Positions 1 to 8,458 of a stretch of 40,171 nucleotides of DNA are shown here, in pieces. The notes under the pieces are model-generated. The model was not told where the DNA came from, made no database searches, and saw nothing but the letters and a program-made list of their open reading frames with translations. This DNA comes from a virus (Duplodnaviria > Caudoviricetes): positions 1 to 40,171 of the IMG/VR virus record IMGVR_UViG_3300048796_000144, one strand, 5' to 3'. Each line of letters starts with the position of its first letter. The stretch's first letter is position 1. The translations under genes and the position numbers were made by a program.

Positions 1-1384
1 CCGAAACGTTATCAATACTGACCCCGGTCGTTCCCGCAGACGCCTCCATCGCATAGAGTTCACATGGCTGGCTCGCGCACACCATCTTTGCCGTGTGGGT
101 GCCGAGAGTAACCGCGCTGGATGTTCCGACAACGGCGGTCTTCGATCCGCTCGCGACACCGCAGGTTCCGACGTTGGTCGAGTCGATATACAGCGTCCAG
201 GGCTGGATGCCGGTGCCACTCACGCAATAACCGAGCAGATGGTCGAACGGAACTGGCGAAGCAAAGTTGATCGTTGCACCATTCGACGTAGCTGTGACCA
301 GCATCGGATCAGAAGAGTCGGGCTGATACGGCCCGAGCGCCGTGTCGGTCGCCGCGAAGGTGCCGCTGGCAGTTGGGTAATAGTCGAGATTGAAATTGCC
401 CGCCGAGCCAAACGTGCAGTCAGTACACCAGCGCAGCGGAACGACCCCCGAGCCGTGTGATCCGCAGGTTCCCTGCAGTTGCGACATCAGCCGATTAGCC
501 CATCGGCCCGCAAACGTCACAGACAGCACAGAGCCAGCGCCCGGCGTCACGGTCGCATCATTGATCGAACGCGAGTCGCCGTGAATCTGCACGCGCACGA
601 TCTGATTCTGACAGCTATGCAGGGCCGCATCCCAATAGGCCAGCGGCGGGTGCGCACTATTCACATACTCCTGCACAGGTAAAGTTCCGCCCTGCGCGCT
701 CCAATCGAGCGATGTGCCACTTGCCGCCGTGCAGGTGTTCGTCGCCGGATTCCACGCATAGCCCGTGGTGGTACATCCAGCCAGTCCAGAGACTGCGGAC
801 TGCATTGCGGTTGCGGTGACGCTCCCGCCGCCCGACGCCGCCTCCCATGCGCCTGCCACGCAGACGTATATCGATCCAGCCCCCGTGTTCACATACAGCG
901 CCGGCGCGACGCAGGATCCACTGGGGACGCCGGTGCCTTGCGTGAAGGTGAAGGCCGCGGTGGTCGGAACGGTGATGGTGGGATCGTAGGTGTCGAGCGA
1001 CCAGCTGCTGCCGCCGATGCCGTAGATGGGGCCGAGATCGATGAGGTCGCCGGATGGAACGTTATAGACCTGAACGTCGTAGGCATGGCCGGGCGCGGAG
1101 TCGGTGATGGGGTTGGGCACCTGCAGCGAGCCCACCAGCGCGCCCGAGGTGAGCGTCTGGCAGAAGGGCTGCCCGGCTAGATAGAAGCCGCCTCCGGACT
1201 TCGACACAGAGATGGGATTGCCGCGAATATCGACGGCGCGCATACACATGGTGCCAGTGGCCGGCGATCCGCCTGCTTCGACCGTGGTTGCGGTGATAGT
1301 GGTGAGGGCCTGCGCGTGCGCGAGTTGCGGCAGTGCGAGGAGTGAAGCAAGAAGGCTCAGAGAGAGAAGGCGTGCGAATCGCAT
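1..1384 (-). CDS. Secreted fibre/RBP-like protein: signal peptide + conserved Cys-paired N-module + SGNH/GDSL esterase domain (3' truncated by window edge)
   Basis: Hand translation from ATG 1384 is open to base 1: MRFARLLSLSLLASLLALPQLAHA-QALTTITAT...GTMCMRAVD...QPFCQTL...GHAYDV...GIGGSSWSLD; later IVRVQIHGDSRS (SGNH block I), WANRLMSQLQGTCGSHGSGVVP, and GVSIDNVS (block II-like). Not in the ORF track because it has no stop. Confidence 0.85.
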   Translation of the reverse strand, partial: MRFARLLSLSLLASLLALPQLAHAQALTTITATTVEAGGSPATGTMCMRAVDIRGNPISVSKSGGGFYLAGQPFCQTLTSGALVGSLQVPNPITDSAPGHAYDVQVYNVPSGDLIDLGPIYGIGGSSWSLDTYDPTITVPTTAAFTFTQGTGVPSGSCVAPALYVNTGAGSIYVCVAGAWEAASGGGSVTATAMQSAVSGLAGCTTTGYAWNPATNTCTAASGTSLDWSAQGGTLPVQEYVNSAHPPLAYWDAALHSCQNQIVRVQIHGDSRSINDATVTPGAGSVLSVTFAGRWANRLMSQLQGTCGSHGSGVVPLRWCTDCTFGSAGNFNLDYYPTASGTFAATDTALGPYQPDSSDPMLVTATSNGATINFASPVPFDHLLGYCVSGTGIQPWTLYIDSTNVGTCGVASGSKTAVVGTSSAVTLGTHTAKMVCASQPCELYAMEASAGTTGVSIDNVS

Positions 1385-1460
1385 GGGCTGAGTCTCTCGC
1401 GCGCGCGGGAGAACCAGAACAGCGGCTGCGCTGCGGCGCGAGCTTGGCGTGGATACAAAA

Positions 1461-2981
1461 TCAGTGCCCAGCAATATCGAGCACCTCCACGGTCGATTGC
1501 GATCCAGACAATGTAATGGAGGGGGATACTCCTCCGACGCTCGCTGGAGTGTATTTCCATATTTGAGCGCCACTCGCAGAATTCAGCGATGCCCCGATGC
1601 TCGAACTTGGGGTGCCTACATTGCCTCCGGCAACAATCAGGACCAGGTCCGAAGTTTGCGGGCTGCCATCCGTGGCATAGGCAGTCGAGCTGCTTCCTGC
1701 CCCCGAAACAGAAAGACTCGCGGTGCCCGTTCGATAGCCGCCCGACAATCCTGCGAGAATAACGATTCCGGCAAAATTGCCAGCGGGATAGCCATTCGTC
1801 ACCGTCACGGAGCCGCTAGAGATATCGTTGGCGTTGAGAACTCTTCTGCACGCCACTGCTGAAAATGAACCACCGCTTGAGCTGTAAATCGCCGCCCAAC
1901 CAGCGGGACACCCTTGCGAACCTGTAGACCCGGCAAAAATATAAGCTTCATCGCCCGCCGACGCGCCGCTGAACGACACAGTGAAACTTGTCGCACTGGA
2001 AGCCTGCAGGCTACTTGTCCTTATTGTGGGCTGCGTTGGGGTGGCCGCCGGTCCGGTGGGACCGGTTGGGCCAGTCGGACCAGTTGCGCCTGTCGCACCT
2101 GTGGGCCCCGTCGCTCCCGTCGGCCCGGCTGGTCCTGTTGCGCCGGTTGCCCCCGTCGCGCCAGTAGCACCCTGAATTCCCTGCGCCCCCTGCGCTCCGG
2201 TCGCGCCTTGAATTCCCTGCGGGCCTTGCGGCCCTGTCGCACCCGTTGCTCCAGTCGCGCCTGTTGCTCCGGCCTGCGCAATCAGCGCCCAATATGCGGT
2301 GTTGGTCGGAAGCTGGTTGATGCTGCTGGCGATGGCGAGGTAGGAGCTGCCGCCATAGCTCACCGCATTGTCGATCGCATAGCTGGTGCCGCCATTCCAC
2401 GCGCCCAGCCATGTGACCGATGCGCCTCCGCCGCCGCCGGCTGCGATGAATACGCCGGCATAGCAGATGCTCAGTGTGGCAACGCCGCTGTTCACGCGCA
2501 CGTCGAGCGCGGGCGCGGTGCAGTACGCCGGAGCTGACCCGCCGCCGACTGTGAATGTGAATGCCGCGGCCGTCGGCACCGTGCTGGGCGGAACGTAGTT
2601 GTCCAACGACCAGGTGCTTCCGCCGATGCCGTAGACGATACCGAGATCGCGGCGCACTCCCGACCCGCTGTTGTAGACCGTGACGTCGTAGCCATGGCCA
2701 TGCGCGGAGTCTGTAACTGGATTCGGCACAGATAGCGATCCGGTCAGCGCGCCCGAGGCGAGCGTCTGACAGAAGGGCTGGCCCCCGACATAGAAGCCGC
2801 CGCCGGAGACGGTCAGCGAGATCGGCTGGCTCTTCGCGTCCACCGCGTTCAGGCACAGCGTCCCATTCACCGGCCCGGAGGTTCCCCAGTTCACTGCGGT
2901 CGCAGTGATTGAAGTCAGCGCCTGCGGGAACACTGGCACGGCACTGAACAACAGCAGCGGAAGAAAGGCGCGGAGTTTCAT
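1461..2981 (-). CDS. Secreted collagen-like fibre protein: signal peptide, shared N-module, CBM5/12-like domain, 25 Gly-X-Y triplets, C-terminal beta-rich tip domain
   Basis: [21 protein letters not shown]; [31 protein letters not shown]; [27 protein letters not shown]...TAYWALIA; (GAT/GPQ/GPT)n. Confidence 0.88.
   Translation of the reverse strand: MKLRAFLPLLLFSAVPVFPQALTSITATAVNWGTSGPVNGTLCLNAVDAKSQPISLTVSGGGFYVGGQPFCQTLASGALTGSLSVPNPVTDSAHGHGYDVTVYNSGSGVRRDLGIVYGIGGSTWSLDNYVPPSTVPTAAAFTFTVGGGSAPAYCTAPALDVRVNSGVATLSICYAGVFIAAGGGGGASVTWLGAWNGGTSYAIDNAVSYGGSSYLAIASSINQLPTNTAYWALIAQAGATGATGATGATGPQGPQGIQGATGAQGAQGIQGATGATGATGATGPAGPTGATGPTGATGATGPTGPTGPTGPAATPTQPTIRTSSLQASSATSFTVSFSGASAGDEAYIFAGSTGSQGCPAGWAAIYSSSGGSFSAVACRRVLNANDISSGSVTVTNGYPAGNFAGIVILAGLSGGYRTGTASLSVSGAGSSSTAYATDGSPQTSDLVLIVAGGNVGTPSSSIGASLNSASGAQIWKYTPASVGGVSPSITLSGSQSTVEVLDIAGH
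2046..2270 (-). repeat. Collagen Gly-X-Y coding repeat (25 triplets)
   Basis: 9-nt periodicity; translation [21 protein letters not shown]...GPTGPA. Confidence 0.95.
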
Positions 2982-3006
2982 TTGGATTCCTTCTGGTTTG
3001 AAACTG

Positions 3007-3678
3007 CTATGGTGCGGTGGCTGTGAACGGGCCTGCGGTTACTCCGGTCTCCGAGCGCGTGTCGACAACGAAGCCAGGGCTGCCGGTGGAGTAGTGGCTG
3101 CCTGTGTCGGAGTATGAATCCGACGCGAACGTGGCGAGGTCGGTGCAGGTAAGCGTGAAGGCGGAGTCAATGGAGAGCTGCAGCACGTCGCCCGGCGATG
3201 CAATGGGACATGTGCCCAGCGTGCCGATGTTGCTGGATGGGCTGGTCGCGATCACCAGCGCGCCGGTCGCGGCCTTCCAGAGATAGCCTGCGCCGGTGGA
3301 GGCGTTGCCGCGCACCATCACGCCGGAGATGCCCGGATGCGCCGTGAAGCTGATGGAGACATACGCCGTCTGGTTTGCGGGCATGGCGCCGGTGGGCGTG
3401 AAGAACTCGACGGCGAAGCTCCTGGCCGCGGGTGCCGCCACTCCGCCGGCGCGGGTTGCGACGTTGCTGCTGTACGCGGTCCAGCAGCTGCTGAGCGCGC
3501 CGGTCCCGGTGAACGGGTCGTAGAACGTCAGCGTGCAGGAGTTGACGTATGCGGGAAACACCTTGCGGTTGCCGCCGGTGACGATGGTCTGCGGATGCGC
3601 GTGGCTGACGAACACAACGCCGAGCATAAGCAGCACGCCAATGAGAAGGCCGATGAGGAATCGATCGAGTCTGTTCAT
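3007..3678 (-). CDS. Secreted beta-rich (lectin/ConA-like) protein
   Basis: [27 protein letters not shown] signal peptide; Gly/Ser/Thr-rich beta strands (GISGVMVRG...GYLW...GDVLQLSID), 4 Cys; TGATG coupling to upstream gene. Confidence 0.75.
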   Translation of the reverse strand: MNRLDRFLIGLLIGVLLMLGVVFVSHAHPQTIVTGGNRKVFPAYVNSCTLTFYDPFTGTGALSSCWTAYSSNVATRAGGVAAPAARSFAVEFFTPTGAMPANQTAYVSISFTAHPGISGVMVRGNASTGAGYLWKAATGALVIATSPSSNIGTLGTCPIASPGDVLQLSIDSAFTLTCTDLATFASDSYSDTGSHYSTGSPGFVVDTRSETGVTAGPFTATAP

Positions 3679-4760
3679 CAGTAAGTCCCCGCAACGTCGA
3701 TGCCGATCTGCTTCGAAGTGCCGTCGGCGACGAACGTGATCTTCAGGTAATCTCCGGCTGCGATAGTGATGGTGCTGGATTGCGTGCCGTTGGCGTAGGT
3801 CGCGGAGGCTGTGACTGCGCCCGTCAGCAGAGCGGTGCCTGCGCTGTTGGTGGCCGCGCAGGTCGATGCGCCGGCATCTTCGACGCAGCGGATCGCCGAC
3901 AGCGCCCAGGTGTAGCCAGTCTCATTCCTGCAGGTGGTGGTGAGGTACGTTCCCGCGGGAATCGTGTTCAGCCCGTCGCCGATGCCGGCCTGGCAACTGA
4001 GCGAGAGCGTCGCGGCTGGGCCTGTGGCTCCGGTTGCGCCTGTGGCTCCGGTCGTGCCCGTCGCTCCGGTTGCGCCGGTTGCGCCTGCGGGTCCGGTTGC
4101 GCCGGTCAGGCCGGTTGCGCCGGTCGGGCCTGCTGGGCCGGTTGCGCCTGCAGGACCTCCGCCGAAGTTGACGAAGACCCCGCCGAAACATGCGCTACCC
4201 GTTGCCACTCCACTGTTCACGCGCACGTCGATCGCGGGGGCGATGCAGCTGGAAGGCGCGGCGCCGGAGCCGGTGGTGAAGGTGAACGCAGGGCCAGTGG
4301 GCGAACTGCTGGGTGGGACGTAGCTATCGAGCGACCAGGTCGAGCCGCCGACGCCGATGATCACGCCGAACAGGTCGACGCCAACTTCAGAACTGCCGGT
4401 GGGCGAGGGCGCCGTGACTCCAGTGCCGCCGACGCCGGGCGTTACCGGGCCAACGTAGACGATGGCATCGTAGCCATGGCCGGGAACGGAATCGGTGACG
4501 GAGTTGGGAACCTGCAGCGATCCCGCCAGCGCGCCGGTGGTGAGCACCTGGCAGAAGGGCCATCCGGCCGCGTAGACGGTGCCGCCGGAGTTGGTGACGG
4601 AGATGGGATTCTTCTGCGCGTTGACGGCCGTCATGCACAGCGTGCCCGTGATCGGCGTGCCCGCAACGTTGATGCTGGTCGCGGTGACGGTGGTCATGGA
4701 CTGCGAGAGCGCTGGGAGGGCTGCGAGGAGAAGAGCGGCGGTTACGAGGCGCAGGCGCAT
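3678..4760 (-). CDS. Secreted collagen-like fibre protein: signal peptide, shared N-module, 16 Gly-X-Y triplets, Cys-containing C-terminal domain
   Basis: ATG at 4760, [21 protein letters not shown]; [31 protein letters not shown]; collagen at 4014-4157. Confidence 0.88.
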   Translation of the reverse strand: MRLRLVTAALLLAALPALSQSMTTVTATSINVAGTPITGTLCMTAVNAQKNPISVTNSGGTVYAAGWPFCQVLTTGALAGSLQVPNSVTDSVPGHGYDAIVYVGPVTPGVGGTGVTAPSPTGSSEVGVDLFGVIIGVGGSTWSLDSYVPPSSSPTGPAFTFTTGSGAAPSSCIAPAIDVRVNSGVATGSACFGGVFVNFGGGPAGATGPAGPTGATGLTGATGPAGATGATGATGTTGATGATGATGPAATLSLSCQAGIGDGLNTIPAGTYLTTTCRNETGYTWALSAIRCVEDAGASTCAATNSAGTALLTGAVTASATYANGTQSSTITIAAGDYLKITFVADGTSKQIGIDVAGTY

Positions 4761-4783
4761 GGCCAAGTCTCGCGCGCGCGAGG

Positions 4784-4792
4784 GTTATATCA
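4784..4792 (-). promoter_or_regulatory. Candidate extended -10 promoter (TGaTATAAC) for the secreted-fibre cluster
   Basis: Minus strand reads TGA TATAAC about 24 nt upstream of ATG 4760; no consensus -35, as expected for an activator-dependent promoter. Confidence 0.4.
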
Positions 4793-5353
4793 GCGCGGAG
4801 ATGTGCGAGGTCGAGAGCTTGGCGCGGCAGCCGCCGCATGCAGCCCGGCCACGTAGCGCTCCAGCGACGGCCGGTAGATCCTCCAGCGGCAGCCGGAGCC
4901 TTCGAGCGTTACCTTGTACGCCGTCAGCGCGCCTTCCTCGATCAAGTGGATGACGGCGTTGATGCTGCAGTCGAGCACGTCCATGGTCTGCTGCATGTAG
5001 ATGGTCTCGTCCAGGCGGAACGGCAGCAGGTCGCGATCGCGCATGCGTCCGGCGGCGGGGCGCGGGGCGCTGCGCTCGCTGATGCGGTACTCCAGGCGCA
5101 GGCGTTCGCAGTAGGCGACGACGGAGTCATACGGGATGCGCCAGCTTGCCACCTTGTACGCTCCCGGCACCAGGCCGCCGCGGATCATGCGGATCGCCGT
5201 CTGCTGCGACACGCCCAGGATGCTGCACATGCGGCTGACGTCGATCTCCTGCGAACGCTGGAACGGCAGCGCCAGCTTCGGCGCTGCCTCAACCTTCGGA
5301 GCAGACTCGAACAATTCGAACTGCGAATCGCGCTTGCAGTGGGGCATCATCAT
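4790..5353 (-). CDS. Tandem excisionase/MerR-like (HTH_17-type) DNA-binding protein in the Mor/C position
   Basis: Two repeats: IDVSRMCSILGVSQQTAIRMIRGGLVPGAYKVASWRIP and IYMQQTMDVLDCSINAVIHLIEEGALTAYKV...WRIY; immediately downstream of gemA-like gene. Confidence 0.75.
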   Translation of the reverse strand: MMMPHCKRDSQFELFESAPKVEAAPKLALPFQRSQEIDVSRMCSILGVSQQTAIRMIRGGLVPGAYKVASWRIPYDSVVAYCERLRLEYRISERSAPRPAAGRMRDRDLLPFRLDETIYMQQTMDVLDCSINAVIHLIEEGALTAYKVTLEGSGCRWRIYRPSLERYVAGLHAAAAAPSSRPRTSPR

Positions 5354-5356
5354 CGG

Positions 5357-5386
5357 GTACTTCGTACCGTTCTGGACGCTTCGCGT
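5357..5386 (+). repeat. Twin mini-hairpin dispersed repeat, copy 1
   Basis: GTACTTCGTACCGTTCTGGACGCTTCGCGT; related copies at 10123-10145, 17387-17430 and 26202-26237. Confidence 0.85.
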
Positions 5387-5878
5387 TCAAACGCCCTTGA
5401 TAGGGATGTGCTTCAGAGCCCAGTAAACTTTGTTGGCGTCGCCCAGCGTGCGGATCTGCGTCTTGCCTTTGAGCGGGCTGCGCGAGCTGAGCAGGAAACG
5501 GTCCAGCCCAGCCTGGTTCCAGCCGAGACGGCTGAGCTGCTGCTGGATCCGTTCGAGATCCTCCGGCCGCGCCAGAGTGACCTCGTTGTGGATCTGGTCG
5601 CGGCGGCCTTCTGTGCCGGCTTTCTCCGCTGCCTTGCGCTGCATGCGCTTGCGCGGTGTCTTCGACGGAGCCTTCACGTTCATCACGCCCTGCAGCGTGT
5701 CGATCAGCTTGCGGCCTTCGTCGATAGAGATGTTGCTGAAGCTGTCCACCACGCGCCCCAGGCGCTGCGACGCCCAGTTCAGGCGTGCGCCCCGCCCGCG
5801 GTCCACGTCGAGCGTGTGGGCCTCAAATTGTCCATATAACACTTGGAGCCGACGAAGCTGGGGCGGCGTGATGTTCAT
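5387..5878 (-). CDS. gemA: GemA / Mu gp16-like (DUF1018-like) protein
   Basis: ATGA-coupled start at 5878; ITPPQLRRLQVL...SFSNISIDEGRKLIDTL...LDRFL...DANKVYWALK pattern and typical position at the end of the Mu early operon. Confidence 0.65.
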   Translation of the reverse strand: MNITPPQLRRLQVLYGQFEAHTLDVDRGRGARLNWASQRLGRVVDSFSNISIDEGRKLIDTLQGVMNVKAPSKTPRKRMQRKAAEKAGTEGRRDQIHNEVTLARPEDLERIQQQLSRLGWNQAGLDRFLLSSRSPLKGKTQIRTLGDANKVYWALKHIPIKGV

Positions 5879-6606
5879 ATCGTTGCTCCTGGAACCTGAC
5901 CACTCGCAAGTAAATGCTCCGCATGGCGTAAATGTTCCGAGGAGCACACCTTGATTGCCAGGCGTCCGACCTCTGGATTCAACGGTTCGACCAATCTGTA
6001 CGAATTCACCAACTGGTTGCAAATGGCGCACCGGCCGTTGCGATCACTCACAAGCCAGATGATCAGGCTATGTCGGTCCGACGGCTTGTTTATTCCGAAC
6101 CGTCGGCCGTCCGCGTTTGGGCTGGCAGCTTCCGTCGCACTTGGGGCAGCTGCAGATGTGTGCTGCGCGCAGAAGCTTCTTCGCCGCGGCAATGGCTCGG
6201 GCTCGTTCTTCGCGCTTGTGCTCGGCGCGGTCTTCCCGCTTGCAGACGGCTCCGCAGAATCGGGCTGTTTTGCTTCTGACGACTTTTCCGCATCCGGGCC
6301 GTTGGCACTGCCTTGCCATGGTTCTTGAGCCTTTCTCTGTTGGTGCAGGTGCGTGCCGAGTAGGCCGTAGCCGCTGATGTCCGAATAGGGTGATTCGCCG
6401 AATGCGTCTTTGTCGGTGGCAACGCGCTTCAGCTTGTCGATGATCCGCACCAGCAGCAGCGCGTCGGCGTACTGCGCGGGCTTGAGGCCATCGGGATACA
6501 GCAGCGCCAGCATCGCGCCCGACGTGGCGACGCTGTCGCCGTAGGCCGCGTTCTTGCGCTCCACCAGTTCGCCGATCTCCGTACCGAGTTCCACAAAGGT
6601 CTTCAT
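5875..6606 (-). CDS. Nucleotide-modification-associated (Nmad1/DUF1599, MazG-like fold) domain protein with C-terminal Cys/His extension
   Basis: Start 6606 (ATGA overlap); RKNAAYGDS...RIIDKLKR...FGESPYSDISGYGLLG; C-terminal CAIC...VCSSEH. Confidence 0.65.
   Translation of the reverse strand: MKTFVELGTEIGELVERKNAAYGDSVATSGAMLALLYPDGLKPAQYADALLLVRIIDKLKRVATDKDAFGESPYSDISGYGLLGTHLHQQRKAQEPWQGSANGPDAEKSSEAKQPDSAEPSASGKTAPSTSAKNEPEPLPRRRSFCAQHTSAAAPSATEAASPNADGRRFGINKPSDRHSLIIWLVSDRNGRCAICNQLVNSYRLVEPLNPEVGRLAIKVCSSEHLRHAEHLLASGQVPGATI
6068..6319 (-). CDS. Small Zn-finger protein nested out of frame in the Nmad1-like gene
   Basis: MARQCQRPGC...FCGAVC...CSCPKC; AGAGAAAGG SD-like sequence upstream. 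Confidence 0.5.
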   Translation of the reverse strand: MARQCQRPGCGKVVRSKTARFCGAVCKREDRAEHKREERARAIAAAKKLLRAAHICSCPKCDGSCQPKRGRPTVRNKQAVGPT

Positions 6607-6995
6607 CGCGACACGCCTCCCCGCCGGAATACCTGCGGAACCGATCGGGTGTAATACGGCACCACGGAGAAGGCGCCGGGCCGCTGGTTCGCCGCGGCTG
6701 GCGGGCGCCCCTGCACAGGCCGCCGCGCTACTTCTCCGGAACACAGGCGGCAGACCAGGCTGCCGTCGGCGATCGCGCTGGGCAGGAACAGCGCTGCAAT
6801 CTTCGTCTCGCCGCACTCGCCCTTGCAGGTGTAGTAGGTAAATCCGTCTTCGCCGACCGCGCCGCACGCCGCCACTGGATCCGGTTTTACAACAGCGGGC
6901 CGCGGCACATTGCGGTTGCGGTACTCCTCGACGACCCGGATGCGTCTCCGTTTCGATGGTTCACAATCCTTCGACCACCCGATCAAACGTTTCAT
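6603..6995 (-). CDS. Hypothetical Zn-finger protein
   Basis: ATGA-coupled start 6995 after GGAAAGGA; CKGEC...CRLC. Confidence 0.65.
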   Translation of the reverse strand: MKRLIGWSKDCEPSKRRRIRVVEEYRNRNVPRPAVVKPDPVAACGAVGEDGFTYYTCKGECGETKIAALFLPSAIADGSLVCRLCSGEVARRPVQGRPPAAANQRPGAFSVVPYYTRSVPQVFRRGGVSR

Positions 6996-7435
6996 GCCGT
7001 TCCTTTCTTGCCCGCGCGGCGGGCGATGAAGTAGCAGACCAGGCAGACCGGGACGAGGCATCCGGTCCAGCGGCCGGCTCCGAGCGCGTCGACCATGGCG
7101 GCGGTGAAGAACGCGAACATCGCCATCAGCCATTGCTGCGCGCCGGCCTCGATGACTCGCGCTCGCAGCGCTACGAACCGCAGCTCGGCGTCGGCCAGGT
7201 GCTGCACCAGCTTGGCGTTGGCGAGTTGCGCCGCGTCGTGCTCCTCGATCATCGGGTTGGATGTGACGGTGACCTCGACGCGCATGTCCAGGCCGACGCG
7301 GGAGAACTTCCAGCCATCGCCGGACAGGATGCTGATGGCGATGCGCGAGTTCTCATCCAGCTCGGCATAGGGCTTGTCCTTGATCATCAGCAGGCGCGTG
7401 GCCTGGTCTTCTGCGGGCTGATTCTGATGCCTCAT
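6992..7435 (-). CDS. Hypothetical membrane protein (two C-terminal TM segments)
   Basis: Start 7435 (ATGA overlap); WLMAMFAFFTAAMVDAL and CLVPVCLVCYFI. Confidence 0.65.
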   Translation of the reverse strand: MRHQNQPAEDQATRLLMIKDKPYAELDENSRIAISILSGDGWKFSRVGLDMRVEVTVTSNPMIEEHDAAQLANAKLVQHLADAELRFVALRARVIEAGAQQWLMAMFAFFTAAMVDALGAGRWTGCLVPVCLVCYFIARRAGKKGTA

Positions 7436-7818
7436 GCTGCCTTCTTTCTCGCTGCGGGCGCTGGTACCGCTGCGACTGGTTTCCTGCCCTGCCATGCCTG
7501 CGTTGCGTAGATGTAGCCGACGACGGTGGCGCGCGCGTGCTCCTGCATGTACGGGTTGTCCAGCCCCATGGCGTAGACCACGGCGCGGCCGAACAGCTTC
7601 TCCATCCGCATCAGCGCGACGATCGAGCGGTCGACCGCCTGGCGCTGGCTGAGCTTGTAGCGGATCAGCAGGACTTCGTTCTCGCCTTCGGTCCAGCGCG
7701 CGGCTGCTTTCACGCGCAGCCGCCGATGCAACGTTGGCCGCGCCGCGTCCTGCTTGCATCCGGTGCAGAGGCCGTTCTTGCTGATCCGGCAATCGATTCC
7801 GCATCCGCAGCAGGTCAT
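7432..7818 (-). CDS. Hypothetical protein with N-terminal Zn finger
   Basis: CCGCGIDC...CTGC; coupled at both ends. Confidence 0.7.
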   Translation of the reverse strand: MTCCGCGIDCRISKNGLCTGCKQDAARPTLHRRLRVKAAARWTEGENEVLLIRYKLSQRQAVDRSIVALMRMEKLFGRAVVYAMGLDNPYMQEHARATVVGYIYATQAWQGRKPVAAVPAPAARKKAA

Positions 7819-8015
7819 CGCGCGAAGTCCTCCGGCAGATACCGCACCACGCGAAACCGCTTCTCTTCGGCGCGATTCATGCAGGCCTGCGCCCGGCGGC
7901 CCTGCATGAACGACAGGGCGTTCTTGTGGACGCGGAACATCTCCACTGGCTCCCAGCCCCAGGTGCCGTTGTATTGCATCACGTAGATCGCGACGCGCTT
8001 CTTTGCGGTCTTCAT
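7815..8015 (-). CDS. Hypothetical protein (66 aa)
   Basis: ATGA-coupled start 8015 after GGAAGGGA; MKTAKKRVAIYVMQYNG. Confidence 0.6.
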   Translation of the reverse strand: MKTAKKRVAIYVMQYNGTWGWEPVEMFRVHKNALSFMQGRRAQACMNRAEEKRFRVVRYLPEDFAR

Positions 8016-8458
8016 GCTGGCGTCCCTTCCTTCTTCGCGATCTCGTTGCGGACGAAGTTGCCGGCCGAGATCAGGTCGTGGCGGAGATCTTCGGCGGGGA
8101 TGCCGTTGCGCCAATAGGCCGCCGTGCCGAAGTCGTCGATCACCACCACCACGCGCGCGTTGTGCTTCTGGCGCAGGCGGCGCGCATCCTCCGCCATGGA
8201 AGCGGGCAGGCTGTTCTGCTTCTCCGGCACAGCCGCAGCCGCGTCGGTTCCCTTGAAGTCCTTCGCGTTGGGGCAGGTCGACCAGTGCGCCGTGGCGACG
8301 GCGTAGTCATCCGCCATCGGGTTCATCGGGATCGACTTGCCGCTGGTGGTCTTCCACCACTCGATGGGCGCCTGGCAGCCCTTGCAGATCGCATTGGCGC
8401 TGGTCTGCGTGTACTTCGCGCGCAACAGCTCCTGCTTCGTTCCGGGGAAGCTGCTCAT
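8012..8458 (-). CDS. Hypothetical Zn-binding protein
   Basis: CKGCQAPIEWWKTTSGKSIPM...HWSTCP motif common in phage early proteins. Confidence 0.75.
   Translation of the reverse strand: MSSFPGTKQELLRAKYTQTSANAICKGCQAPIEWWKTTSGKSIPMNPMADDYAVATAHWSTCPNAKDFKGTDAAAAVPEKQNSLPASMAEDARRLRQKHNARVVVVIDDFGTAAYWRNGIPAEDLRHDLISAGNFVRNEIAKKEGTPA

Noticed and set aside
1-4760. Diversity-generating retroelement or invertible fibre (gin) system to explain the paralogous modules
   Set aside because: No reverse transcriptase, no adenine-specific TR/VR pair and no invertase in the window; the paralogs are diverged at protein level
4816-4822. CCAAGCT 56 nt upstream of the 4760 start as another late-promoter motif
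   Set aside because: A 7-mer that also occurs inside coding regions; too short to be significant
1914-4856. Plus-strand ORFs with PVAPVAPV or Arg/Cys repeats (e.g. 1981-2175, 3934-4323, 3780-4856)
   Set aside because: Antisense or off-frame shadows of the collagen-coding repeats
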